A stretch of 64,000 bases of DNA from a bacterium (GTDB lineage: Bacteria; Auribacterota; Auribacteria; Auribacterales; Auribacteraceae), in NCBI GenBank assembly GCA_018435605.1, contig JAHDNF010000002.1, positions 324,538 through 388,537 on the forward strand, written 5' to 3'. Under the pieces are notes generated by a model that was not told the DNA's origin, did no database searches, and saw only the letters and a program-made list of their open reading frames with translations. Both the position numbers and the translations under genes were made by a program. Shown here piece by piece: positions 27,915 to 38,214 of the stretch; position 1 is the first letter of the stretch, and the number at the start of each line of letters is the position of its first letter.

Positions 27915-28970
27915 TTACGGATACTGTGCCGGCAAGTTCAATCCTTGCGTTTCAGGAACATCGAACATTACGTTCATGGCCTGAATAGCTGAGCCGGCCT
28001 GTCCTTTCATCAGGTTGTCTATATGAGATACGACAAGCAGTGACGAGCATGACTCATCAACCTTGATAGTAAGGTAACAGAAATTCGTGCCGCGTATGGA
28101 TGAGGTCATAACTGTATCGTTCGATGAGAAAAGCCGTATAAACGGTTCATCCTGATAAAAGTTGGAATAAGCGTCCATGACCGTTTCAGCGGTAATACCC
28201 TGTTTGACAGTAGCATAAAGTGTAGACAAAATACCTCGGCACATAGGCACAACCTGCGGCGTAAAAACTATGTTCACATCGGTCTCACCCACAATGGACA
28301 GTTCCCTTTTGATCTCGAAAACATGCTGATGCCCTGTTAATTTATAGGCATTCATGCTGTCATAGCGCGCAGGGTAATGGAATCCCGGCGACGGCTTTTT
28401 GCCTGCGCCGGAAACACCTGTTTTGCAATCGCATATAATAGTCGGACTGTCGATAAGCCTGTGTTTGAGCGCCGGAGCCATGCCAAGAATACAGCTTGTT
28501 GCAAAACAACCGGGATTGCCTACTAGGCTGGTTGTTTTTAGTTCCTGCCGATGCAATTCCGCAAGCCCATACACAGCTGAATCGAGCAGATGGCGTGATG
28601 CGTGACTGCCGTCTCTGCCGATACGTGACGCATATCCGGCGTAATCCGCAGGGTTGTTGAAGCGGAAATCGCCGCTGAAATCGATAAATTTAATTCCTTT
28701 ATCCAGAAATTTTTGTGCAAGTGTCATTCCGACTCCGTCGGGTGTGGCGCAAAAAACAACATCCACATCCGTAAAATTGGATGGATCGTCTGGAGCGCAG
28801 ATAGGCAACGTATAATAATCCTTCAAATGCGGCAACAAGGTTCCTATAGGTTTTCCCACATCGGCTATATCGATCACACCGGTAACCTGCGCCTGCGGAT
28901 GACGCAGTAGCAGTTCAAGCAAACCGCATCCGCCGTACCCGCCCGCTCCGATAATTTTCACTTTAATCAT
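27915..28970 (-). CDS. argC: N-acetyl-gamma-glutamyl-phosphate reductase
   Basis: N-terminal Rossmann IIGAGGYGG. Catalytic-Cys context VGNPGCFATSCILGMAPAL. 351 aa. Confidence 0.8.
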   Translation of the reverse strand: MIKVKIIGAGGYGGCGLLELLLRHPQAQVTGVIDIADVGKPIGTLLPHLKDYYTLPICAPDDPSNFTDVDVVFCATPDGVGMTLAQKFLDKGIKFIDFSGDFRFNNPADYAGYASRIGRDGSHASRHLLDSAVYGLAELHRQELKTTSLVGNPGCFATSCILGMAPALKHRLIDSPTIICDCKTGVSGAGKKPSPGFHYPARYDSMNAYKLTGHQHVFEIKRELSIVGETDVNIVFTPQVVPMCRGILSTLYATVKQGITAETVMDAYSNFYQDEPFIRLFSSNDTVMTSSIRGTNFCYLTIKVDESCSSLLVVSHIDNLMKGQAGSAIQAMNVMFDVPETQGLNLPAQYP

Positions 28971-29299
28971 TGGTATTCCTCCTTCTTAAATTGCGTCTAT
29001 ATGATACAAATCGTATTCCCTTTAGGTAAAACGTGATTGTAAAATATGTCTCTGTTTAAATTCAATCAAAAATTATTTTTTTTCGGACATTATCTTGCCC
29101 GTTATTCAAGTTTTACAGGTTTATACCGAAAATTATGGATGGATGAATGTATACACGATCGATCGGGAGTGACCGATTTTAAACTCAAAATTATATAAAA
29201 GGAATCTCTGAAAATCAAAAGATGTCATTGCGAAAAGAGTAACGCCGAAGCAATCTTGATTAATGTTTCAGAGATTTTAAAACTATCATAGGAGGTTAT
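28971..29299. promoter_or_regulatory. Divergent argC/pel promoter region with extended imperfect inverted repeat in the pelA leader
   Basis: AT-rich 329-bp intergenic region. AATCTCTGAAA (29,202-29,212) pairs with TTTCAGAGATT (29,265-29,275) and extends through ATCAAAAGAT/ATCTTGATT. AGGAGG lies 8 nt upstream of the pelA ATG at 29,300. Confidence 0.3.
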
Positions 29300-30166
29300 A
29301 TGATATGCCGGCTTACTTTGTTCATAATGGGGCTTACATTTATAGCTTTAGGATGCGCAACCATGTATAACCCGATGATAACCCAGCCTGAATCATGGAT
29401 CTGTTACTACGGTAAAATCCCTCGGGGGGCATCGCTCAAATCCATTGATTTGGCGATTCTCGATCCGGATAACGTGCCTAATGTTCATAAATACACAAGA
29501 GAAGGGACTATGTGTGTAGGCTATGTGAGTATCGGGGAAGCTGAGGATTACCGCTTTTACTGGAAAAAAATAAAAAATGAAGGCTTCATCATAGCTGAAA
29601 ATGCCGACTGGAAAGGAAACTATTACATCGACCCGCGCAACGAACGATGGAAATCTGTGATTATAGACGAGGTCATCCCAAGGGTACTAAACTGCGGATA
29701 CCATGGTATTTTCATGGATACTCTGGATACAGCGGAATACCTTGAGTGGCTGGATCCGGACAAATACGAAGGTTCTATAGACGCAATGGTAGAACTGGTT
29801 CGAGACATACGGCGGCGATACCCGACAATCATTATGATATCAAATAACGGATACCCGCTTCTATCGCGAATTGCACAGTACATAGACGCCGCGCTGGTCG
29901 AAGACTTGTATACCGCATACGATTTCGCAACAGGCGTTTATGGGTTGCAAGATACAAACATCACCAAAGAAAACCGTCAGATTCTGCACGATATTTCCGC
30001 CCGTTACCGTGTACCTATACTTACACTCGACTATGTACATCCAGACGACAGCACCACAAAGCTATCCATAGAACGTAAAAGCAAGGATAACGGTTTTTTT
30101 CCATACATAGCCGATATAAATTTGGAAGTTTTACCGAGGCAAGTTAAACAGGAAGGTAATAGATGA
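29300..30166 (+). CDS. pelA: PelA hydrolase module: secreted GH114-family glycoside hydrolase
   Basis: N-terminal signal peptide. The VGYVSIGE block and TIM-barrel-like composition are typical of GH114 / the PelA hydrolase domain. Sits at the head of the pel locus. The stop overlaps the next start (ATGA). Confidence 0.7.
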   Translation: MICRLTLFIMGLTFIALGCATMYNPMITQPESWICYYGKIPRGASLKSIDLAILDPDNVPNVHKYTREGTMCVGYVSIGEAEDYRFYWKKIKNEGFIIAENADWKGNYYIDPRNERWKSVIIDEVIPRVLNCGYHGIFMDTLDTAEYLEWLDPDKYEGSIDAMVELVRDIRRRYPTIIMISNNGYPLLSRIAQYIDAALVEDLYTAYDFATGVYGLQDTNITKENRQILHDISARYRVPILTLDYVHPDDSTTKLSIERKSKDNGFFPYIADINLEVLPRQVKQEGNR

Positions 30167-32337
30167 AGAAATTTCTGCATATATACATACTCTTATACAT
30201 ATTTTACGCCTTACAAATTAGCATCTGTACTGCGCAACCGGAGCAATTCGAACGGCGTATTATTGCGCTCTACGACAGCGACGAAGATTCCTCAGCGGAA
30301 AAAACCTTGATTCATGAGCATTGCGAGGTAATTTTGAATCATTTGGGACTTATAGTCGATTACCATGACATTGCATCAGGATTGCCGGACAGCGCAATGA
30401 TGCAAAACTGCCGAGGTATAATCAGTTGGTTTCAGGACGACAATATACCGAATGCATCCGAGTACTTAATTTGGCTCAAAAAACAAATAACCGCGGGTAT
30501 CAAAGTGGTAATATTAGGAAACTTGGGGGCATATTCCGACAGAAACGGGGCTAACATAGAGCTTACAGAACTAAACGAGCTGTTCGATTTGTTCGGCATA
30601 AGCATGTCATATAATGAAACAAAAAATCCTTTTCTCATAGAAGTTGCGTATAAAGATTCTTCAATGATTGAATTTGAAAGATCAATCGACATGGAACTTA
30701 CCTATTACTCGCATTTTACCAAAAAAGACGATTCCATACGCCCATATCTTATCCTGCGGCGGACTGATATCCCAGACAGTGAATCGCCGATGGTTTTTAC
30801 TTGCAAAACGGGAGGTATCGCCACAAGCCCTTATGTATATTATCTTCATCCCAGCACATATCGGACTCAATGGCGAATCGATCCGTTCCGTTTTTTCAAG
30901 GAAAGTTTTGATATAGAGACAGCGCCGGTACCGGACATCACTACTTATTACGGAAGTCGTATGGCATTCAGCCATATCGATGGAGACGCATTTATCAGCT
31001 TATCCATGACTACTCCAAATAAACTGTGCGGACATGTGGTCATAGACGAAATACTCTCAAAATACCCGTTTCCGGTTTCCGTATCTATTGTCGTAGGCGA
31101 AATAATTATTGCCGATAAAAAACCATGGATCAAAGATGTTCAAACAGAATTGATAGAACCTATAAGAAAGATGTTCGAATTACCGAACATTGAGGCGGCG
31201 GCACATGGATATACCCATCCACTGCATTGGGTAAATCAGTTGACTGCCATAGTTGTAGAGGGTTACTCCGAACCAATATCTGCGGATAATATGGACGCCA
31301 TTGAAGATACTGTTTACGAAAGTTTAAGTATGGATATGGCTGTAATAAATGTCTCAAAAGAAGAAATGTTGGATAAGGAAATACTAGGTTCGATCGATTA
31401 TATCAATGCCAATCTAATCACTGAGAATGCCGCACCTGCCGGCACAATGTTTTGGACAGGCGATTGTCTTCCTCCCCATGAAGCGTTAGAGTTGTGCGAG
31501 AATAATAATATTTCATCTATCAACGGCGGAGACCCTTTGTTTGACGAGGAATACAATTCGTATACCAATTTATGCGCCATAAAAAGAGCGTCCAAAGCCG
31601 GATGGCAGTTTTATACCGCCGCATGCAACGAGAATATTTATACAAACCTTTGGCAAGGACCTTATTACGGATTTAAAGACGTAATTGAAACATTCAAACG
31701 AACCGAATCGCCCGTTCGCATCAAACCGGCTAATATCTATTACCATTTTTATTCCGGAGAACGCCACGCATCTGTTGATGCGCTAAAAACCGTGTACGAT
31801 TATGTTATAGAGCAGGATTTTCACCCTATATTCACTTCCAAGTATCTTAAGATCGCCCGCGATTGGTTTGCCACAAAAATTACTATACTTGAGGCGAACA
31901 AAGGATTTCTAATAAGCAACAACGGCGACTGTAGAACAATACGCATCGACAACTGTTTAATTCACCCTGATTTTACCAGAAGTAAGGGTGTAATCGGCTA
32001 CCGACATTATCAGGGTTCGCTATACGCTCATCTGGACGAATCCCCAATCGCCGAACTATGGTTGACCGGCCAATCGTCGGACGATCATCCGTACCTCGTA
32101 TCCTCTACTGGCGAATTGACTGAATTCAATTGCTCAAAAGATTCTATTTCCTTTACCATGAATGGATTCGGCAAAATCAAAATTGAGTTCGCAAAGATGT
32201 ATCCAAATACCGAATATACTGTTGTCATAGATTCCTACACAAATAAAATTTCGTCGGACGATCAGGGCGCATTAAAAGTTGCGTTTCCGTCATATCCTAG
32301 AATAACCAACGCACATGTAAGGATTTCGTCCCGCTAA
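30163..32337 (+). CDS. pelA: PelA deacetylase module: secreted CE4-like polysaccharide deacetylase with extra domains
   Basis: Own signal peptide MKKFLHIYILLYIFYALQISICTA. CE4 motifs HIDGDAF and HGYTHPLH. 724 aa, so it carries additional N- and C-terminal domains as in PelA. Confidence 0.7.
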   Translation: MKKFLHIYILLYIFYALQISICTAQPEQFERRIIALYDSDEDSSAEKTLIHEHCEVILNHLGLIVDYHDIASGLPDSAMMQNCRGIISWFQDDNIPNASEYLIWLKKQITAGIKVVILGNLGAYSDRNGANIELTELNELFDLFGISMSYNETKNPFLIEVAYKDSSMIEFERSIDMELTYYSHFTKKDDSIRPYLILRRTDIPDSESPMVFTCKTGGIATSPYVYYLHPSTYRTQWRIDPFRFFKESFDIETAPVPDITTYYGSRMAFSHIDGDAFISLSMTTPNKLCGHVVIDEILSKYPFPVSVSIVVGEIIIADKKPWIKDVQTELIEPIRKMFELPNIEAAAHGYTHPLHWVNQLTAIVVEGYSEPISADNMDAIEDTVYESLSMDMAVINVSKEEMLDKEILGSIDYINANLITENAAPAGTMFWTGDCLPPHEALELCENNNISSINGGDPLFDEEYNSYTNLCAIKRASKAGWQFYTAACNENIYTNLWQGPYYGFKDVIETFKRTESPVRIKPANIYYHFYSGERHASVDALKTVYDYVIEQDFHPIFTSKYLKIARDWFATKITILEANKGFLISNNGDCRTIRIDNCLIHPDFTRSKGVIGYRHYQGSLYAHLDESPIAELWLTGQSSDDHPYLVSSTGELTEFNCSKDSISFTMNGFGKIKIEFAKMYPNTEYTVVIDSYTNKISSDDQGALKVAFPSYPRITNAHVRISSR

Positions 32338-35300
32338 TGAAAATAGAACTTTGGAAGGTACTTCTCTTTTTCGGACTTATACTTGCGTTAGCTTGCAAGA
32401 TATACCCTAACCATCTTGAGATGGCGGCGTTGTTCGAAAAAAGCAGTATGTATTATATGGCAATTGATGAAGTAGAGCGGGCGCTCAGCCGTCAAGTTGA
32501 TCTGCCTGTCCTTAATCAGGCGGCAAAGTTATATGAAGTGGTGGGTAAAGCGGAAAAATCGATTTATTATTATGACGAGATAATCGCCCGCAACCCTAAA
32601 GACCTTGATGCGCATATCAATCTTGTTCGATTATACCAGTGGAACCGCAAACCAGATTCACTGGTAAAAGAATATGAACGTTTCGTGAGCCGCTTTGTGT
32701 CAACCTCAGAAATTTCGCCTACAGAACTGCCGTACCGAAATGAGGCTTTGACTAATCTGCATAATTTATATTCTGCTCGCGGAAATTGGCCCAAGCTGAT
32801 AGATTTGCTGGAGTTAATATGTGAACTCGGATTAGAAACGGAACAAACCTATATCGACCTGATGGATCTATATGTACGCAAACGCAAAGCGGATATGGCA
32901 ATTTCCACATGCCGAAAAGCACGAGATAAATATCCGGACAGTAAAAGAATACTCGAAAAATCCGCATGGACTACTTATCTGGCCGGCGATCTTGAAACCG
33001 CTACAAGCTCATATTACAAACTCGTCTTTCTCTATTACGACTACAGGGAATCTTGGTTGAATATGATATCGTTTTTGAAAACCACAAAACAAACCGCACG
33101 ACTGGCGGAAATATACGATGATATGCTTCACATATTTTCCCATGATCAAGATACATGTGAATGGCTGGCACATTCGTTTTTTGCAATCGGAGTTTACGAC
33201 AAGGCAATAGAACTTTATACGGGACTGCTCGCAGACAATCCGGATAACCGCAGGCTCAAGCTGGCTTTAGCCGATGCATACGAACAAAGCGAACGCTACG
33301 ACAAAGCTCTTGAGATTTTTATTGCACTGCAAAATAATGTTCATTTCGACCGTCAAATAGAAGAGAATATTATTACATTGCTTTTTCATTTAAAAGATTA
33401 CGATCAGGCACAACAACGGGCAGACGCGCTGATAGCAAGCGATCTCAACGATCACCGTCTTATTTTGAGAATGGCGGATTTATATGAATGGAACAGCCTG
33501 CCAAGTCAAGCCGCTGAATCACTGGAAAAAGCGCTTAAACACAGACCGGACGACTTGGATATCGTCAAACGAACAGCGCGTTTATATCAATGGGCAAACA
33601 ATCAGCACAAGGCTATAGAATATTTCAGCAAGCTCACAACAGCATATCCGGATCAAATAGAATACGGCAAATCTCTGATTTCAGCATATCAATCTTTAAG
33701 CGAAACCGATAAAGCGCGAGACATCGGAATTGCACTTCTCGAACTCCATCCGGATGATACCGAACTTTTACGAATAATGTCATATTTTTATATGGATTCC
33801 AACGACACGGCAAAAGCATACGAAATGCTACTGCGGTACAAAGAATTTCAAGAACCGGACGTCGAAATTGTTCGAAATCTGGCGTGGTTATCTCAAGCAA
33901 CTGGGAATAAACACGAATCAATCGGCTATTACGAAAAACTGATAACCGAGACTGAGCCAAACATAGCTTGGGTGCGGGAACTTGGCAGGTTATACTTAGA
34001 AACGAAACAGACGGATAAGGCTCAGATGCTGATAGAGCAATACAGCCTCCTGCCGGATGAAGATATGCAGTTACAACTGCTCCTTGCGGACATTTATGCA
34101 GACACAAAACAATATGACCGCGCGGTAGATGTCATAGAACCGATTATTGGGAAAACAGATGCGCAAACGCGAGTCACGCTTATTCGCCAGCTTGCCTATC
34201 TGTACATAATGCAGGAAGAATACCGCAAAGCGATCGACTACCTTACGGAAATTCACAGAGAAAATCAAACGGATATGGGCATTGTAGAACAGCTTGCATA
34301 CGCTTACAACAACCTCGGACAACCTGCGCAGGCATTGCATTATTTTAACACTTTCTTGGAGTCTGATCCGGACAACATTCAGGCGCACTACAGCGCAGGA
34401 TACATCAACCTCCAGCTAAAAAAAGACCGGCAGGCGAGAACTCATTTTGTCAAAGCGATAATAGCTTTGAACAGACAACCGCAATCAACCGAAAATTACG
34501 CTATGTACGCACGGCTTTATCATCAGCTCAGACAATACGACCACGCGATCTACTGGTATACATTGGCGATACGCAACGCTCCGGATGATGCTAACCTGTA
34601 TTCGGAATACCTCGGCATGTTACTGGAACTGGAGCTGTATGACCATATCATAACTATGTTCTCAAAAGCGCCTGAGGAAATCAGAGAAACCACATCGGCG
34701 CGGTATTATTTGGCCTTGGCATACGCCGGCACGAAACAGTATGACTCTGCCGTGGAGTTGATGGAGCAGATTATAGCGCAAAACCCCGACAACGGCGATT
34801 ACAATGCTGATTTGGCTTTCATTTTTCAGAAAAAAGGCAGGTGGGATAAATCTATCCAGCTATACGACGATCTTTTGAAACGCCAGCCTCCGTCATGGTC
34901 AAGATATGGAGAAATAGAAAACGAACGTAAATCGATCAAAAAACAATACGCTCCCAAACTTACGGCCGGATTTTTGTTGATCGATGAAATCAAAAAAGAT
35001 ACGCAGGTATACTACTCCAATTTCCAGATGTATCTTTTACACAACCTCCTGCTAAGAACCGGCGTATCGCGGTACTATTTCCACGATGCATCACTCTCTA
35101 ACATACCCAATGTAGATGACCGCCTGACGGAGTACAGCATGGAACTCGAATACTTTTTCGACCGGCACTGGTCTTTAGCTGTAGGCCCGCTGGTTATAAA
35201 CAACAGCACAAAAGATGTGTACTCATTCTCTATGGGACTGCTTTACAATAATTTCGAAAATTTATCCATGTCCGTCAGGTATTCGTTCAGGGACAAGATA

Positions 35301-35867
35301 ATCGACCCGCGCGTAGCCGTACCGCTTGGCGGGACATCCGATCACGTAGACCTAAAGCTAGAGTGGCAGGCGGCTCCGTATATCAGGTTTATGGCTGAAG
35401 GAGTCCACGGGGAATACAATTTCTCATCCGCTGTGCGCCGTATGGGGTTATCTACTAGTCCGGGCTATTATAACCGCATGGTCGCAGGCGCAGACCTGAC
35501 GTTGCTGTACGATCCGCGCATATCTCTGACATACAGATATTACTGGTCTGATTCTCACATGGACCGCGACTACAACCCGCTATTCAATATATCTACAAAA
35601 AATCGTTCTCACCAGTTCGGAATAAGGTGCGAGCAACAGATATCCAACAATATTTTCGTATATGGCACGGGATTTGTTGCTAACGACGACGAACGGGATA
35701 TGTTTCTGTCACGCATGGGACAGTACGGCATTGAGTTCGGTTTGAGGTACGATGTAACTGACAGTATCGAATTAGGCGGCAGTTACACATTTTTCTCCGA
35801 AAAAGGTATTGATTCACAGCCGGGGCGAGCGTCGTACGTCAATATCTTCAGTTCAATTGCCTTTTAA
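32337..35867 (+). CDS. pelB: PelB-like outer-membrane export protein (TPR array plus C-terminal beta-barrel porin)
   Basis: 1176 aa with an N-terminal signal/anchor and ~20 TPR-like repeats. The C-terminal ~300 aa show alternating beta-strand composition and end in a terminal F (...NIFSSIAF). Its start shares 1 nt with the upstream stop. Confidence 0.8.
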   Translation: MKIELWKVLLFFGLILALACKIYPNHLEMAALFEKSSMYYMAIDEVERALSRQVDLPVLNQAAKLYEVVGKAEKSIYYYDEIIARNPKDLDAHINLVRLYQWNRKPDSLVKEYERFVSRFVSTSEISPTELPYRNEALTNLHNLYSARGNWPKLIDLLELICELGLETEQTYIDLMDLYVRKRKADMAISTCRKARDKYPDSKRILEKSAWTTYLAGDLETATSSYYKLVFLYYDYRESWLNMISFLKTTKQTARLAEIYDDMLHIFSHDQDTCEWLAHSFFAIGVYDKAIELYTGLLADNPDNRRLKLALADAYEQSERYDKALEIFIALQNNVHFDRQIEENIITLLFHLKDYDQAQQRADALIASDLNDHRLILRMADLYEWNSLPSQAAESLEKALKHRPDDLDIVKRTARLYQWANNQHKAIEYFSKLTTAYPDQIEYGKSLISAYQSLSETDKARDIGIALLELHPDDTELLRIMSYFYMDSNDTAKAYEMLLRYKEFQEPDVEIVRNLAWLSQATGNKHESIGYYEKLITETEPNIAWVRELGRLYLETKQTDKAQMLIEQYSLLPDEDMQLQLLLADIYADTKQYDRAVDVIEPIIGKTDAQTRVTLIRQLAYLYIMQEEYRKAIDYLTEIHRENQTDMGIVEQLAYAYNNLGQPAQALHYFNTFLESDPDNIQAHYSAGYINLQLKKDRQARTHFVKAIIALNRQPQSTENYAMYARLYHQLRQYDHAIYWYTLAIRNAPDDANLYSEYLGMLLELELYDHIITMFSKAPEEIRETTSARYYLALAYAGTKQYDSAVELMEQIIAQNPDNGDYNADLAFIFQKKGRWDKSIQLYDDLLKRQPPSWSRYGEIENERKSIKKQYAPKLTAGFLLIDEIKKDTQVYYSNFQMYLLHNLLLRTGVSRYYFHDASLSNIPNVDDRLTEYSMELEYFFDRHWSLAVGPLVINNSTKDVYSFSMGLLYNNFENLSMSVRYSFRDKIIDPRVAVPLGGTSDHVDLKLEWQAAPYIRFMAEGVHGEYNFSSAVRRMGLSTSPGYYNRMVAGADLTLLYDPRISLTYRYYWSDSHMDRDYNPLFNISTKNRSHQFGIRCEQQISNNIFVYGTGFVANDDERDMFLSRMGQYGIEFGLRYDVTDSIELGGSYTFFSEKGIDSQPGRASYVNIFSSIAF

Positions 35868-35907
35868 CAAACCGTTGCTATAGAGATTATTTTAAAAGGA
35901 GGCCTGT

Positions 35908-36465
35908 ATGCGTCCGAAAATCGCGGTCTATTTGCTGATTGTCTTATTTTTATACAACGGATGTAACTATTCTCGTCAATTTTCCAAACCGCACATATAC
36001 AGTACGCAACTGGGAACCATGGCCGTATTGCCATTTGACAACAGAACATCACATCCTCAGGCAGGCGCAATCGCCACCGATCTGTTCACTACCGAATTGT
36101 TGAGCAAAAACTGTTTCAATGTAATTACTCCTATTCAGGTTTACGATACGCTCTCGTTGAACCGCATTCTGGACGCTACGGATATTTTGTCGGCACACAG
36201 CATGCAGGAATTGGGAACGCTTTTTGAAGCCGATACGATACTTATAGGGTCGGTCACGGAGTATTACTACAAGAAAGGAATACGCGAAACACCTGTTGTC
36301 GGGCTTGACATAAAGATAGTCGTGACAGTCACCGGCGAAACTATTTGGGCTGAAAGCATAACACGCGAGGAAATAGCTTTTCTTTTTTACCAAGGATCTT
36401 TAAACGAGACTACGCAAAAGCTATGCAGACAACTGATAAACAACCTTAAGAACAATCTGAGATGA
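35908..36465 (+). CDS. pelC: PelC-like small lipoprotein
   Basis: 185 aa. Signal peptide ending LFLYNGC (Cys as lipidation candidate). Size and position match PelC. Confidence 0.6.
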   Translation: MRPKIAVYLLIVLFLYNGCNYSRQFSKPHIYSTQLGTMAVLPFDNRTSHPQAGAIATDLFTTELLSKNCFNVITPIQVYDTLSLNRILDATDILSAHSMQELGTLFEADTILIGSVTEYYYKKGIRETPVVGLDIKIVVTVTGETIWAESITREEIAFLFYQGSLNETTQKLCRQLINNLKNNLR

Positions 36466-36475
36466 AAGGGTCTAT

Positions 36476-36829
36476 GTGAACCGGGCTGTATTACTTGTCG
36501 ATACCGATACATCTTTCGTAAAAATGATTTCAGCATTGCTCGAATTCAACGATTTTTCAGTTATCCGACTGGATGAAAGCGAAAATCTGGCAAATGTATT
36601 GGACAACCAGCCTGTTTCTGTTGTGCTAGCCGATATCATGGCTGGTATGTCTATAGAGGAATTGATGGAAAGTATCGCCGATAAAAGAGAAATTTCCATG
36701 ATCTTGACCGGTATACGCGACTTGAGCAATACGGAACGAAAAAAATTGCTGTCACGTTCCATACCTTTCATAAAAAAACCATGTATGCCTAGTTTGGTAT
36801 GCGATAAGATCAAGAAAATCGTACGATGA
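36476..36829 (+). CDS. Stand-alone CheY-like receiver-domain protein (GTG start) inserted between pelC and pelD
   Basis: REC-fold landmarks present: LLVDTD (D12 kept, D13 to T), VVLAD (phospho-acceptor Asp position), ILTG (Thr), FIKKP (Lys-Pro). AAAGGG lies 8 nt upstream of the GTG. Its stop overlaps the pelD start. Confidence 0.5.
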   Translation: MNRAVLLVDTDTSFVKMISALLEFNDFSVIRLDESENLANVLDNQPVSVVLADIMAGMSIEELMESIADKREISMILTGIRDLSNTERKKLLSRSIPFIKKPCMPSLVCDKIKKIVR

Positions 36830-38214
36830 AGAAAAGCGCTTTTACAATCATAAGCGAAACATGTTTTACTTTTGCCGGATTGGCTGTAGCGAATTATCTT
36901 GGATGGCGTGAATCGCCGGCTTTTTACGGCATAAACCCTCATCCATATTTTGCCGTTATAATCCTTATCGCAACCAGATACGGAACATTAAGCGGTCTGT
37001 TTTCTGCCGGTGTAGCTAGTGTTTCTCTGTGCGCAATTCTTCGTTATTACGCCGGGCAGTCGCCGTCATCAGACCCTATTGTTTTTAAGTTAGTAACATT
37101 ATTTTTCATCACAGGATGGATTGTAGGCGAAATCCGGCAGATGTACATCAACCGTACAAACAGGCTTTGCCGCGAACTGGAACATGAAAAAAACAATGTT
37201 CAAAAACTCACGGAAAAGAACGCACTGCTCGCCAAAGTCAATAAAGAAATGGAACGGCGTATTCTTGACGAAGTATCGACATTTTCCAGCTTGTACGAAA
37301 CCAGCAAACAGCTACAGTCATTCGATATTGAAAAAATATACAGCGCAATTCTTTCCATCCTTGTGCAGTATCTTGAAGCAGACCATTGTTCAGTGTACGT
37401 TTTCGAATCTAACAAACTAATGCTGAAAGAATCTATCGGCGATAGGAAACGTCAGGAAGTCATAACGCTTGATGACGAATCAAATATGATTGCAAGATGC
37501 ATTGTTCGCCGGAAAGTGTACAGCATTCGCGATTTTCTCGAAAACAAAATCACCCCGAATAGTGATCAAGACTACCCCGTTATGACCGCTCCTCTGATAA
37601 AAACCGATGGAACCGTTTTAGGCGCGCTCGTCATAGAGCGGATGCCGTTTTTCAACATTACCGGTTCGTCGTTGAAAATTTTTTCACTCCTTGCAGACTG
37701 GGTCAGCGGAGACCTTGAAAACGCTTTGTATTTTCAAGAGGTACAAAACAAAAACATTCTTGATGAAGTGTTAAATGTATACACGCACCATTACATGCAT
37801 ACCCGTCTGAAACAGGAATTTTACCGCTCAAAACGCTACGGATTACCGCTTTCGATTATACTTATAAAAATACCTGTACTTGAAAAAGCCCCTGTAGATT
37901 GGCAGTTGAACATGTTGAAATTTTTTGCCACAACGCTCAACACATCGCTTCGTCTGACAGATATTGTCACCAGTTACAAAGAATCTATTCAATTTGCCAT
38001 GATCTTGACGATGACAAGTAACGAACAAGCCGGTTTGGCCGTAGAACGTTTGACAAAGATATTTAAAAATCTAGGAATAGACACGATGGACCACGGCAAG
38101 CCGTTAGAGGTTTATTTCGGAATCGGCGGGTTTACGTCGACCATAGAGACTATGGAAGAACTCATCGCGCAAGCAGAGGAAAATATTATACAATGCGTAC
38201 GGCAGGACACATAA
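36826..38214 (+). CDS. pelD: PelD-like c-di-GMP receptor (N-terminal TM segments, GAF, degenerate GGDEF)
   Basis: 462 aa. Hydrophobic N-terminal ~110 aa. The degenerate GGDEF-domain signature RYGLPLSIILIKI sits where RYGGEEF would be. Position and size match PelD. Confidence 0.7.
   Translation: MKKSAFTIISETCFTFAGLAVANYLGWRESPAFYGINPHPYFAVIILIATRYGTLSGLFSAGVASVSLCAILRYYAGQSPSSDPIVFKLVTLFFITGWIVGEIRQMYINRTNRLCRELEHEKNNVQKLTEKNALLAKVNKEMERRILDEVSTFSSLYETSKQLQSFDIEKIYSAILSILVQYLEADHCSVYVFESNKLMLKESIGDRKRQEVITLDDESNMIARCIVRRKVYSIRDFLENKITPNSDQDYPVMTAPLIKTDGTVLGALVIERMPFFNITGSSLKIFSLLADWVSGDLENALYFQEVQNKNILDEVLNVYTHHYMHTRLKQEFYRSKRYGLPLSIILIKIPVLEKAPVDWQLNMLKFFATTLNTSLRLTDIVTSYKESIQFAMILTMTSNEQAGLAVERLTKIFKNLGIDTMDHGKPLEVYFGIGGFTSTIETMEELIAQAEENIIQCVRQDT

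Noticed and set aside
30163-30166. Possible frameshift splitting a single pelA
   Set aside because: The downstream ORF begins with its own signal peptide, and the junction is a classic ATGA coupling overlap. I treat it as a genuine two-gene arrangement, pending read-level confirmation.
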